DNA from: Vicinamibacteraceae bacterium
GTDB lineage: Bacteria > Acidobacteriota > Vicinamibacteria > Vicinamibacterales > JAFNAJ01
DNA: 64,000 nucleotides
Reading direction: 5' to 3'
Assembly: GCA_039812685.1 (NCBI GenBank)
Contig: JBDIBB010000001.1
Location: 44,203-108,202, forward strand
Below the pieces are notes generated by a model. That model was given only the letters and a program-made list of their open reading frames with translations, had not been told where the DNA came from and did no database searches. Shown one piece after another: positions 1-7,727 of this stretch (position 1 is the stretch's first letter; every line of letters starts with the position of its first letter). A program made the position numbers and the translations under genes.

Positions 1-386
1 GTGAGCACCCCGTCACGATACTCGGCCGACACCCGGCCGGCGTCCACGCTGTTGGGCAGGGAGAACGACCGGCTGAACGCGCCATAGGCACGCTCCACGC
101 GGTGGTAGTTCTCCTCCTTGGTCTCCGTGGCCCGCTTGCGCTCGCCCCGGATGGTGAGCGTGCCGTTCTCGAGCCGGAGGTCGATGTCCTCCTTCTTCAT
201 GCCCGGCAGTTCGGCCTTGATGACGACCTCGTGCTGGTCGTTCTCGAAGATGTCCACGGGCGGCGCCCAGTCGCCCCGCATGAACAGGTCGTCCTCGCCA
301 CGACGGTACTGGTCGCCGAAGATGCGGTTGATGCGGTCCTGCATGGCCGCGAGCTCGCGGAACGGATCGAATCTGACAATGGCCAT
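1..386 (-). CDS. Hsp20/alpha-crystallin family small heat-shock protein (3' end beyond window edge)
   Basis: Not in the ORF track because it runs off the window. Minus-strand ATG at 386-384 is preceded by a GGAGGTC SD (revcomp of 391-397). Own translation: MAIVRFDPFRELAAMQDRINRIFGDQYRRGEDDLFMRGDWAPPVDIFENDQHEVVIKAELPGMKKEDIDLRLENGTLTIRGERKRATETKEENYHRVERAYGAFSRSFSLPNSVDAGRVSAEYRDGVLT. This is a typical alpha-crystallin domain. Confidence 0.85.
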   Translation of the reverse strand, partial: MAIVRFDPFRELAAMQDRINRIFGDQYRRGEDDLFMRGDWAPPVDIFENDQHEVVIKAELPGMKKEDIDLRLENGTLTIRGERKRATETKEENYHRVERAYGAFSRSFSLPNSVDAGRVSAEYRDGVL

Positions 387-451
387 TGGTGACCTCCTTC
401 TCGTGTCTGTCGGATCTCACGCCCGGGGGAATGACACCCCGAACGAAACCA

Positions 452-479
452 AGTCTAACACGGTATTAGTTTTTGTCAA
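452..479 (-). promoter_or_regulatory. Candidate sigma70-type promoter for the minus-strand hsp20
   Basis: Minus strand reads TTGACA (474-479), a 16-nt spacer, then TGT-TAGACT (452-460, an extended -10-like TGn motif). It lies in the only AT-rich pocket (about 450-500) of an otherwise GC-rich intergenic region, about 60 nt upstream of the ATG at 386. Confidence 0.35.
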
Positions 480-670
480 GCAGGAAATCTGATGCACGCG
501 CACTCATATTCCCAACGCTGACACGTCTCCCTTCGTCAACCGCCGGCTCCGGCCTGCTCTCTCACGCCGGCGGGGCTCCCCCTGATTCCCCGCCGCAATC
601 CCGCCCCCAGGGCTGGTTGTGCGATGATGTCCCGGCGTGCCGGATCCTCCATCACCGCACGGCTGAACCC

Positions 671-1117
671 ATGTTCGTCTTCTCTGAGGCCGAAGACCTT
701 GCCGCCGACTTCGATCGGCTGTTCGATGATCTCGACAGGCGCGCCGGCCGGTCGGCACCGCATTCCGGGGCCGTTCACACCCCGCCGCTCGACGTGGTCG
801 AGCACGCCGCCGTCATCGAGGTCCTCATCGACCTCCCCGGGGTGAGCCCGTCGGCGCTGCGCGTGGTCCTCAAGCACGGCACGCTGCTGATCGCCGGCGA
901 GAAGACGTCGCCCGAGTGCGGGTGCCGCGACGGCGCGGCGTTCCATCTCATCGAGCGCGGGTTCGGGCGGTTTGCGCGCGTGGTCCGCTTCGAGACCGCC
1001 GTGGACGCGCGTCGCGTCCGCGCCAGGCTGACCGACGGGGTCCTGCGGATCACGGTCCCGCGCATCGCCGATCGGCGTGGTCACGAGTTCCACGTGCCGG
1101 TGGACGCGCCGGCGTGA
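671..1117 (+). CDS. Hsp20/alpha-crystallin family small heat-shock protein
   Basis: Track ORF 473..1117. The plausible start is the ATG at 671 (MFVFSEAEDLAADFDRLFDDL...). The alpha-crystallin domain reads PPLDVVEHAAVIEVLIDLPGVSPSALRVVLKHGTLLIAGEK...FHLIERGFGRFARVVRF...DARRVRARLTDGVLRITVP. The upstream part of the track ORF is low-complexity. Confidence 0.8.
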   Translation: MFVFSEAEDLAADFDRLFDDLDRRAGRSAPHSGAVHTPPLDVVEHAAVIEVLIDLPGVSPSALRVVLKHGTLLIAGEKTSPECGCRDGAAFHLIERGFGRFARVVRFETAVDARRVRARLTDGVLRITVPRIADRRGHEFHVPVDAPA

Positions 1118-1932
1118 CCTCCAGCCTGCCGTTTCGCCTGCTGCTGGTCGGCGACATCGTCGGCAAGCCCGGTCGCGACATCCTGCGTCAGGCGTTGCCC
1201 CGCCTGGTCGCGCGCGAGGCCATCGACTTCGTGGTCGCCAACGTCGAGAACGCCGCCGGCGGGTTCGGCATCACGCGTGAGACGGCCGAGGCCATTCTCG
1301 CCAGTGGCGTGCACGTGATGACGACCGGCAATCACGTGTGGGACAAGAAGGAAGCGCTCGACTACGTCGCGCGCGAGCCGCGCCTGCTGCGCCCGCTGAA
1401 CTATCCTCCGGGCGCCCCGGGTCGCGGCGAGGGTGTCTGGACCGCGCCCGACGGCACGCCGGTGGCGGTCCTCAACGCGATGGGCCGCGTGCACATGCCG
1501 CTCGTCGACGATCCGTTCCGCGCCCTGGACGATGCGCTCGCCCGCGTGCGCGGCGAGGCCGCGATCGCGATCGTCGACTTCCACGCGGAAGTGACCTCGG
1601 AGAAGATCGCCCTGGCCTGGCACCTCGACGGACGGGCTTCGCTGGTGGCCGGCACGCACACCCACGTGATGACGGCCGACGAGCGCGTGCTGCCCGGGGG
1701 GACGGCGGCGATCACCGACGTCGGCATGACGGGGCCGCACGACTCGGTGATTGGCGTCGACAAGACGGCGGCCATCGCGCGGTTCCTCCACGGGCTGCCC
1801 ACGAAGTTCGACACCGCGACGGGCGACGTCCGCCTCAACGCGGTGCGCGTCGACATCGATCGCGCCAGCGGCCGCGCGCTGTCGATTGCGCGGGTGACGG
1901 TGACGGCGGCCGATGTCGCCGGGTGGCCCTGA
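1114..1932 (+). CDS. ymdB: YmdB-like metallophosphoesterase (TIGR00282 family, 2',3'-cyclic-nucleotide phosphodiesterase)
   Basis: GTG at 1114 overlaps the hsp20 stop (GTGA). Translation: FRLLLVGDIVGKPGRDIL...DFVVANVENAAGGFGIT...VMTTGNHVWDKKE...LRPLNYP...NAMGRVHM...IVDFHAEVTSEKIALAWHLDGRASLVAGTHTHVMTADERVLPGGTAAITDVGMTGP. These are diagnostic YmdB-family motifs. The track ORF 916..1932 has a spurious N-terminal extension. Confidence 0.85.
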   Translation: MTSSLPFRLLLVGDIVGKPGRDILRQALPRLVAREAIDFVVANVENAAGGFGITRETAEAILASGVHVMTTGNHVWDKKEALDYVAREPRLLRPLNYPPGAPGRGEGVWTAPDGTPVAVLNAMGRVHMPLVDDPFRALDDALARVRGEAAIAIVDFHAEVTSEKIALAWHLDGRASLVAGTHTHVMTADERVLPGGTAAITDVGMTGPHDSVIGVDKTAAIARFLHGLPTKFDTATGDVRLNAVRVDIDRASGRALSIARVTVTAADVAGWP

Positions 1933-1964
1933 TCCGACACGAGGTTCGCGAGAGCCGATCGCCG

Positions 1965-3353
1965 ATGCCTTCGCTCTTCGATGCTCTCCCCGAGGATCCG
2001 TCGGGGCCCACGCCGCCCGAGCCGCGCCGCCCTTACACGGTGAGCGCGCTGACCGCCGCGCTGCGCGCCCTCATCGAGGAGCGTTTCTTCGAGGTGTGGG
2101 TCGAAGGCGAGATCTCCAACTGCAAGACCTTCGGCGGCCATCTCTACTTCACGCTCAAGGACGCCACGGCGCAGTTGCGCGGCGTGATGTTCGCCTCGGC
2201 GGTCCGCCGCCTCAAGTTCCGCCCCGCCGACGGCCAGCGCCTGCTCGCGCGCGGGCGGCTGTCGATCTACGACAGGCGCGGCGAGTATCAGCTGGTCTGC
2301 GAGTTCCTCGAACCGCAGGGGCTGGGCGCGCTGCAGGCCGCCTACGAGGCGCTCAAGCGCAGGCTCGAGGCCGAGGGCCTGTTCGACGCCGGACGCAAGC
2401 GGCCGCTGCCGATGCTGCCGCGGCGCATCGGCGTGGTCAGCTCGCTCGACGGCGCCGCCGTGCGCGACGTGCTGAAAGTGCTGCTGCACCGCGTCCCCAA
2501 CGCGTCGGTGGTGCTGCGCGACACGCGCGTGCAGGGCGAGGGCGCCGCCGCCGACCTCCGCCGCGCGCTCGCGCGCCTGATCGCCGTGCCCGGCGTCGAT
2601 GTCGTCATCCTCTGTCGCGGGGGCGGTTCCATCGAGGACCTCTGGGCGTTCAACGATGAGGCGCTGGCGCGCGACATCGCCGCCTGCCCGGTGCCCGTCA
2701 TCTCGGGGGTCGGGCACCAGACCGACGTCACGATCGCCGACTTCGTGGCCGACGTGCGGGCCGCGACGCCCTCCAACGCGGCCGAACTCGTCGTGGCGGC
2801 CCGCACCGACTTCCTCAACCGCCTCGACCGGCTGCACCGGAGGGCGGCGCTCGCCCTGCGGCGGCGCCTCGATCTGGGCCGCCAGCGCACGCACCGCCTG
2901 CAGACTCGCGGCGCCCTCGCGCGCGTGCCGCTCCGGGTAGCCAACGCCCGTCGGGACGCTCACGATCTGGAGGCGCGCGCCAGGCGTGCCGTGACGAGCC
3001 TGCGCGCTCGTCGCGCGCGCATCCGGGAGACGCTCGGCGCAAGGCTCGAAGCGGCCGCCCCGCGCCGGCGGCTGGCCGCGGCAGCCGCCCGACTGGCCCG
3101 GGCCGATGCCCGGGTGGGTGCGGCCGCCCGCCAGATCGTCGTGCACCAGCGCGCCATCCTCGCCGAGCGTGCCGCCCGGCTCGGCGCGCTGAGCCCGCTG
3201 GCCGTGCTCGGCCGCGGGTACGCGCTCTGCTGGGACGAGACACGCACGGCCGTCCTGCGCCGGGCCGATCCGGCGCTGCTCGGCCGCGGCGTGCACGTCC
3301 GCCTGGCCGAGGGCACGCTAGACTGCGTGGTGACGGGCACCGGCGCTCCCTGA
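1965..3353 (+). CDS. xseA: Exodeoxyribonuclease VII large subunit
   Basis: ATG at 1965 (MPSLFDALP...), in frame with track ORF 1338..3353. OB-fold N-terminus: YTVSALTAALRALIEERFFEVWVEGEISNCKTFGGHLYFTLKD. Catalytic region: IGVVSSLDGAAVRDVL...RGGGSIEDLWAFNDE...PVISGVGHQTDVTIADFVADVRAATPS. Confidence 0.9.
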   Translation: MPSLFDALPEDPSGPTPPEPRRPYTVSALTAALRALIEERFFEVWVEGEISNCKTFGGHLYFTLKDATAQLRGVMFASAVRRLKFRPADGQRLLARGRLSIYDRRGEYQLVCEFLEPQGLGALQAAYEALKRRLEAEGLFDAGRKRPLPMLPRRIGVVSSLDGAAVRDVLKVLLHRVPNASVVLRDTRVQGEGAAADLRRALARLIAVPGVDVVILCRGGGSIEDLWAFNDEALARDIAACPVPVISGVGHQTDVTIADFVADVRAATPSNAAELVVAARTDFLNRLDRLHRRAALALRRRLDLGRQRTHRLQTRGALARVPLRVANARRDAHDLEARARRAVTSLRARRARIRETLGARLEAAAPRRRLAAAAARLARADARVGAAARQIVVHQRAILAERAARLGALSPLAVLGRGYALCWDETRTAVLRRADPALLGRGVHVRLAEGTLDCVVTGTGAP

Positions 3354-3387
3354 GCGCGGGCCCGCGCCTGATTCGCGGAGAGCATCG

Positions 3388-3636
3388 ATGGACACCTCCC
3401 CGAAGGACTTCGAATCCGCCATCGCCGAACTCGAGCAGATCGTGCAGACGCTCGAGGAAGGTGAACTGCCGCTGGAACGGGCACTCGAACTCTACGAGCG
3501 CGGCGTGCAGCTCTCGCGGTACTGCCATGGCCGCCTCGAGGATGCCGAACGGCGCATCGAGGTCCTCGACGACCGCGGCAACCTGCGCCCGGCGCCATCT
3601 GCGCTCACCGAGGGCATCCCGGGCGAGGGCGAATGA
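3388..3636 (+). CDS. xseB: Exodeoxyribonuclease VII small subunit
   Basis: 82 aa. FESAIAELEQIVQTLEEGELPLERALELYERGVQLSRYCHGRLEDAERRIEVL. Lies immediately downstream of xseA. Confidence 0.9.
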   Translation: MDTSPKDFESAIAELEQIVQTLEEGELPLERALELYERGVQLSRYCHGRLEDAERRIEVLDDRGNLRPAPSALTEGIPGEGE

Positions 3637-4583
3637 TGAGGGTGGACTCGACCCTGTCGCTCGATGCCTGGCTCGAGCATCGCCGTGAGCTCGTCGAGGA
3701 CGCACTGGATCGCTACCTGCCGGCTCCACCCGCGGTTCCGCCCGTGCTCTCGGCCGCCATGCGATACAGCCTGCTCGCCGGCGGCAAGCGCTTCCGGCCC
3801 GCGCTCACGCTGGCCGCGGCCGAGGCGGTGGCGGCCACTCCCTCCGACATCGAGTTCGCCCTCCCGGCTGCCTGCGCGCTCGAATGGATCCACACCTACT
3901 CGCTCGTCCACGACGACCTGCCCGCCATGGACGACGATTCGCTGCGGAGGGGAAGACCGACGGCGCACGTGGTCTACGGTGACGGCCTGGCGATCCTCGC
4001 GGGCGACGGCCTGCTCACGGAGGCGTTCGGCCTGCTCGCGCGCGAGCCCGCCTCGTCGGATCCGGGCATGATCGCGCGCAAACTGCGCACCCTGGCCGTG
4101 ATCGCCGAAGCGGCCGGAGCCGCCGGCATGGTCGGCGGCCAGGCGGTCGATCTCGCCGCGGCCGGACAGGTGCGCCCGACACACGGTGAGTCGCATGCGC
4201 CGCTGGACGCGGCCGGCCTGCAGGCCATGCACGCGCGGAAGACCGGCGCGCTCATCCGGGCCGCGGCCGTCGCGGGCGCCGTCATGGCGGGGGCCACCGA
4301 GGCACGAATCGCCGCCATCGCACGCTACGCGGAAGATCTCGGCCTCGCGTTCCAGATCGTCGACGACATTCTCGACGTGGAGGCGACCTCCGACGAGCTC
4401 GGCAAGACCGCCGGCAAGGACGCCGCCGCCCAGAAGCCGACCTATCCGGCACTGTTCGGGCTCGCCGGGGCGCGCCGCCTCGCCGACGCCGCCCTCGCGC
4501 GGGCGCTGGCCGCGCTCGAGGGCGCCGGCCTCTCGGGCTACCTGCCGGACATCGCCCGCTGGGTGGTCCAGCGGAACCGATGA
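3633..4583 (+). CDS. ispA: Polyprenyl synthetase (farnesyl/geranyl diphosphate synthase, IspA-like)
   Basis: ATGA overlap with xseB. First Asp-rich motif is LVHDDLPAMDDDSLRRGRPT and the second is FQIVDDILDVE. Shows the classic xseA-xseB-ispA synteny. Confidence 0.85.
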   Translation: MMRVDSTLSLDAWLEHRRELVEDALDRYLPAPPAVPPVLSAAMRYSLLAGGKRFRPALTLAAAEAVAATPSDIEFALPAACALEWIHTYSLVHDDLPAMDDDSLRRGRPTAHVVYGDGLAILAGDGLLTEAFGLLAREPASSDPGMIARKLRTLAVIAEAAGAAGMVGGQAVDLAAAGQVRPTHGESHAPLDAAGLQAMHARKTGALIRAAAVAGAVMAGATEARIAAIARYAEDLGLAFQIVDDILDVEATSDELGKTAGKDAAAQKPTYPALFGLAGARRLADAALARALAALEGAGLSGYLPDIARWVVQRNR

Positions 4584-4719
4584 CGCGTCGTCGCGGCCAA
4601 CCGGCACGTCCCACACGGAAAGACGGCCATGGATCTGGCGACGACGGATCCCGAGACGATGGACACCGCACGCGGCACGTTCCCCCGCCGCGCATCCCGG
4701 GCCGGTGGCCGGTAGCGCC

Positions 4720-5475
4720 GTGCCCCGCATCCGTCTCGACGCGCTGCTGGTGGCCCGCGGCCTGGCGGCGTCGCGCGACCGCGCCCGCGCGCTGATCCTG
4801 GCCGGCCAGGTCCGCGTCGGGACCCTCGTGGTCTCCAAGGCCGGAACGCTGGTGCCCGACGATGCCGAGATTCGGCTCGCCACACCCGATCACCCTTACG
4901 TCAGCCGCGGCGGCCTCAAGCTGGCCCACGCGCTCGACACGTTCGGCATCGACTGTCGCGACGCGGTCGCGCTCGACGTGGGCGCCTCCACCGGAGGGTT
5001 CACCGACGTCCTGCTGCGGCGCGGCGCACGGCGCGTCGTCGCCCTCGACGTGGGACACAATCAGCTGGACTGGCGGCTGCGCTCCGACCCGCGCGTGGAC
5101 GTACGCGAGGGCGTGAACGCCCGGACGCTGGGGGCCGCCGACCTGCCCGACGATGCGCGGACGTTCGATCTGGTCACCATCGACGTCTCGTTCATCTCGC
5201 TGCGGCTGATCGTCCCGGCACTGGGCCGGTGGCTCACGCCCCGCGCCAACGTCGTGGCGCTGGTCAAGCCGCAGTTCGAGGTCGGGCGCGCCGAGGTCGG
5301 CAAGGGCGGCCTCGTCACCGATCCGGCCGCCCACGCGCGCGTGGTCGACGAGGTGTCGGCCGCGGCGCGCGCCCTGGGTTTCGAGGTGGCGGGCCGGTGC
5401 GAGTCGCCCGTGACCGGCGCCGAGGGCAATCGCGAGTTCCTGGTCCACCTCCGGTGGAGGGGAGGCCCATCATGA
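4720..5475 (+). CDS. tlyA: TlyA family rRNA 2'-O-ribose methyltransferase (hemolysin A-like)
   Basis: GTG at 4720, in frame with track ORF 4186..5475. S4 domain: RIRLDALLVARGLAASRDRARALILAGQVRV. FtsJ-like SAM motif: YVSRGGLKLAHALDTFGIDCRDAVALDVGASTGGFTDVLL. Also DVSFISL. Confidence 0.85.
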   Translation: MPRIRLDALLVARGLAASRDRARALILAGQVRVGTLVVSKAGTLVPDDAEIRLATPDHPYVSRGGLKLAHALDTFGIDCRDAVALDVGASTGGFTDVLLRRGARRVVALDVGHNQLDWRLRSDPRVDVREGVNARTLGAADLPDDARTFDLVTIDVSFISLRLIVPALGRWLTPRANVVALVKPQFEVGRAEVGKGGLVTDPAAHARVVDEVSAAARALGFEVAGRCESPVTGAEGNREFLVHLRWRGGPS

Positions 5476-6377
5476 GCGCAACTCAGACCCACGCCCGGGT
5501 CCGCCGCGTCGGCATCGTCGCCAAGCGCCACCTGCACGAGGCCGCGAGCCTGCTCGACGACATCGCCGACTGGCTCGTGCTGCGGGGCCTGTCGCCGATC
5601 TTCGAAACCGAGACGGCGCAGCTCGGCGCCAGCGGCCGCGCCTGGCCACGCGCCTCGCGCGAGGATCTGCCGCGCGAGGTGGACCTCATGCTCGTGCTGG
5701 GAGGCGATGGCACGCTGCTCGGCATGGCCGATCGCATCGCGATGGCCGCCGCGCCGGTGCCGATCCTCGGCGTGAACTTCGGCAGCCTCGGCTTTCTCAC
5801 CGAGATCACGCTGCCCGAACTCTATTCGTCGCTGGAATCCGTCGTCGAAGGCCACGCCGGCTACGACGAACGCGGCCTGCTGCGCGCCGTGGTGTCGCAT
5901 GCCGACGGACGCGCGCCGCTGGCACGCATCGTCCTGAACGAGGTCGTGGTCACCAAGGGCGCGATGTCGCGCATCATCGACCTCGCGGTGTCGGTCGACG
6001 AGGAATACGTCGCCAACTTCAAGGCCGACGGCCTCATCCTCGCCACCCCCACCGGCTCGACCGCCTACAACCTCTCGGCCGGCGGGCCCATCGTGCACCC
6101 GGAGGTTCCCGCATTCGTGATCACGCCGATTGCGCCGCACACGCTGACGAACCGGCCCGTGGTGGTGCCCTCGAGTTCCGTCGTCTCGATCCGCCACATC
6201 GTCGACGACGAACCGCGCGAGGTCTTCGTCACCTTCGATGGTCACGACGGCTGTCCGCTCTCACCAGCCGACACGGTGACCATCGCGCGCGCGCCGCACC
6301 CGATCCGCCTGGTCCGCGCCGCCACGCGCAGCTACTTCGAGGTGCTGCGGCGCAAGCTGAAATGGGCTGCGCGCTGA
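5472..6377 (+). CDS. nadK: NAD+ kinase
   Basis: ATGA overlap with tlyA. Motifs: DLMLVLGGDGTLL, GVNFGSLGFLTE, ADGLILATPTGSTAYNLSAGGPIV. Shows tlyA-nadK synteny. Confidence 0.9.
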   Translation: MSATQTHARVRRVGIVAKRHLHEAASLLDDIADWLVLRGLSPIFETETAQLGASGRAWPRASREDLPREVDLMLVLGGDGTLLGMADRIAMAAAPVPILGVNFGSLGFLTEITLPELYSSLESVVEGHAGYDERGLLRAVVSHADGRAPLARIVLNEVVVTKGAMSRIIDLAVSVDEEYVANFKADGLILATPTGSTAYNLSAGGPIVHPEVPAFVITPIAPHTLTNRPVVVPSSSVVSIRHIVDDEPREVFVTFDGHDGCPLSPADTVTIARAPHPIRLVRAATRSYFEVLRRKLKWAAR

Positions 6378-6397
6378 GGCGACCACCGCCCGGATCG

Positions 6398-6437
6398 GCC
6401 GCTTGCAGGACGGGCGACGTCTCGAGCCGCAAGCGGC
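6398..6437. terminator. Candidate bidirectional intrinsic terminator hairpin in a convergent gap
   Basis: 9-bp perfect stem GCCGCTTGC (6398-6406) / GCAAGCGGC (6429-6437), with an inner GACG/CGTC pairing in the loop. It lies between the nadK stop (6377) and the stop of the minus-strand gene (6481). There is no U-tract. Confidence 0.3.
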
Positions 6438-6480
6438 GGCAGACACCATCGATCGGCGGCAGCCGTCGGCCAGCGCCCCG

Positions 6481-6972
6481 TCACGATCGGGCCCTCCGGC
6501 CGTGGGTCACGGGAAGGAAGTGCCCGGCGTCGGCGTCGTAGTCGAACAGTTGCGCCCAGCGTCCCCAGTTCACGGCGGTATCCACCTGCCGTTGCGCTTC
6601 GGGCGCCGGGACGGTCGATGCCAGCGTGTCGAGTACGGCCTGGCGCGACACGGCGGCGCCGGGGGCGAGCGCCTTCAGGATGCCGGCGATCAGCGGCAGC
6701 CCGGCGATGCGCGCCCGGAACTGCTGCTTCCGTTCCGCAACGCCGGCGGCGGCCACACGCCGCCCCTCGTCGGTCAACTGGTAGTCGCCGTGTTCGACGT
6801 GGGCCCACCCGAGCAGTCGGGCCGCCTCGAGCAGTGGCTGCAGCTTGTCGAGCCGGAGGTGCAGCCGGCCCGCCAGCCGGTACACGTCGCCGGGTCCGGG
6901 CGAGGCCGCCATGATCTCGAGCAATCCGAACAGCCCACCCAACGGAACGTGCGGCAGCAGCTGGGCGGTCAT
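6481..6972 (-). CDS. Free-standing AAA-associated (AAA_assoc_C-type) domain protein of a NitT/TauT-like ABC system
   Basis: ATG at 6972 with a GAGGAGGAG SD. 163 aa: LPHVPLGGLFGLLEIMAASPGPGDVYRLAGRLHLRLDKLQPLLEAARLLGWAHVEHGDYQLTDEGRRV...RKQQFRARIAGLPLIAGILKAL...VDTAVNWGRWAQLFDYDADAGHF. It matches the domain usually fused to the C-terminus of nitrate/sulfonate/bicarbonate-family ABC ATPases. The track ORF 6481..7467 is over-extended. Confidence 0.75.
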   Translation of the reverse strand: MTAQLLPHVPLGGLFGLLEIMAASPGPGDVYRLAGRLHLRLDKLQPLLEAARLLGWAHVEHGDYQLTDEGRRVAAAGVAERKQQFRARIAGLPLIAGILKALAPGAAVSRQAVLDTLASTVPAPEAQRQVDTAVNWGRWAQLFDYDADAGHFLPVTHGRRARS

Positions 6973-6983
6973 CGGTCTCCTCC

Positions 6984-7727
6984 TCAGGTCATCAGCGCGT
7001 AGAGGCGATCCACGAACGGGACGAGTTCGGGCGCGCCCCAGCGCCTGGGCCGGGGCGCATCCACCGTCACCACGTCGACCACCCGCCCCGGGTTCGCGCG
7101 CAGCGCGACCACGCGGTCCGCCATGTAGGCCGCCTCTTCGACCGAGTGCGTCACCATCACCGCGGTCCGCGTGGGGATGGCGGCCTCGTGCAGCAGATCG
7201 ACGACCTGATCGCGCAGCGTGTGGGCGGTCAGCACGTCGAGCGCCGAGAACGGCTCGTCGAGCAGGAGGACGCGTGGTGCCTGGCACAGCGCGCGGGCCA
7301 GTCCCACCCGCTGGCGCATGCCCCCCGACAGCTCGCGCGGGTAGGCGCGGGCGTGACCGCCCAGGCCGACGAGATCGAGAAGGTGCGCAGCCTGGCGCAA
7401 CCGCTCGGCCGCGGGGACGCCGCGGGCCTCGAGCGGCAACGCGACGTTGTCGGCCGCGTTCAGCCACGGCAGCAGCGCGAAGCTCTGGAAGACCATGGCC
7501 GTATCGGGATTGAGGCCGGTCAGCACCCGTCCCCCGCTCCTCACCTCGCCGGACGAAGGCGGAATCAGTCCCGCGATCATCCGCAGCAGCGTCGACTTCC
7601 CCGCGCCCGAGGGGCCAATCAACGCCAGCATCTCTCCATCGAACACGTCGAAGGTCACGTCGTGGACGACCTCGACACCGTCGAAGCTCCGGCCGGCGCC
7701 GATCAGCGAAACCAGCGGCTCAGCCAT
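6984..7727 (-). CDS. ABC transporter ATP-binding protein (NitT/TauT family-like)
   Basis: Walker A GPSGAGKST, signature LSGGMRQRVGLARAL, Walker B LLLDEPFSALD, H-loop VTHS. Confidence 0.9.
   Translation of the reverse strand: MAEPLVSLIGAGRSFDGVEVVHDVTFDVFDGEMLALIGPSGAGKSTLLRMIAGLIPPSSGEVRSGGRVLTGLNPDTAMVFQSFALLPWLNAADNVALPLEARGVPAAERLRQAAHLLDLVGLGGHARAYPRELSGGMRQRVGLARALCQAPRVLLLDEPFSALDVLTAHTLRDQVVDLLHEAAIPTRTAVMVTHSVEEAAYMADRVVALRANPGRVVDVVTVDAPRPRRWGAPELVPFVDRLYALMT

Noticed and set aside
387-451. Possible ROSE-type or other RNA thermometer in the roughly 60-nt leader of the leftward hsp20.
   Set aside because: I found a GTGTC/GACAC stem, but no convincing anti-SD pairing that would occlude GGAGGT and no U(U/C)GCU-type motif. 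No CIRCE or HAIR operator is present in the spacer either. This cannot be supported by eye.
473-670. Longer 214-aa form of the second Hsp20 starting at 473.
   Set aside because: The extra 66 residues are low-complexity (Pro/Ser/Gly-rich), precede the normal length of an sHSP N-terminal region, and would start inside the AT-rich promoter patch. ATG 671 gives a typical 148-aa sHSP.
4584-4719. Missing dxs after xseA-xseB-ispA. In many bacteria dxs follows ispA, so I looked for a degraded dxs or pseudogene in the 136-nt gap.
   Set aside because: The gap is far too short, and tlyA-nadK follow directly. dxs is presumably elsewhere in the genome. This is not an anomaly.
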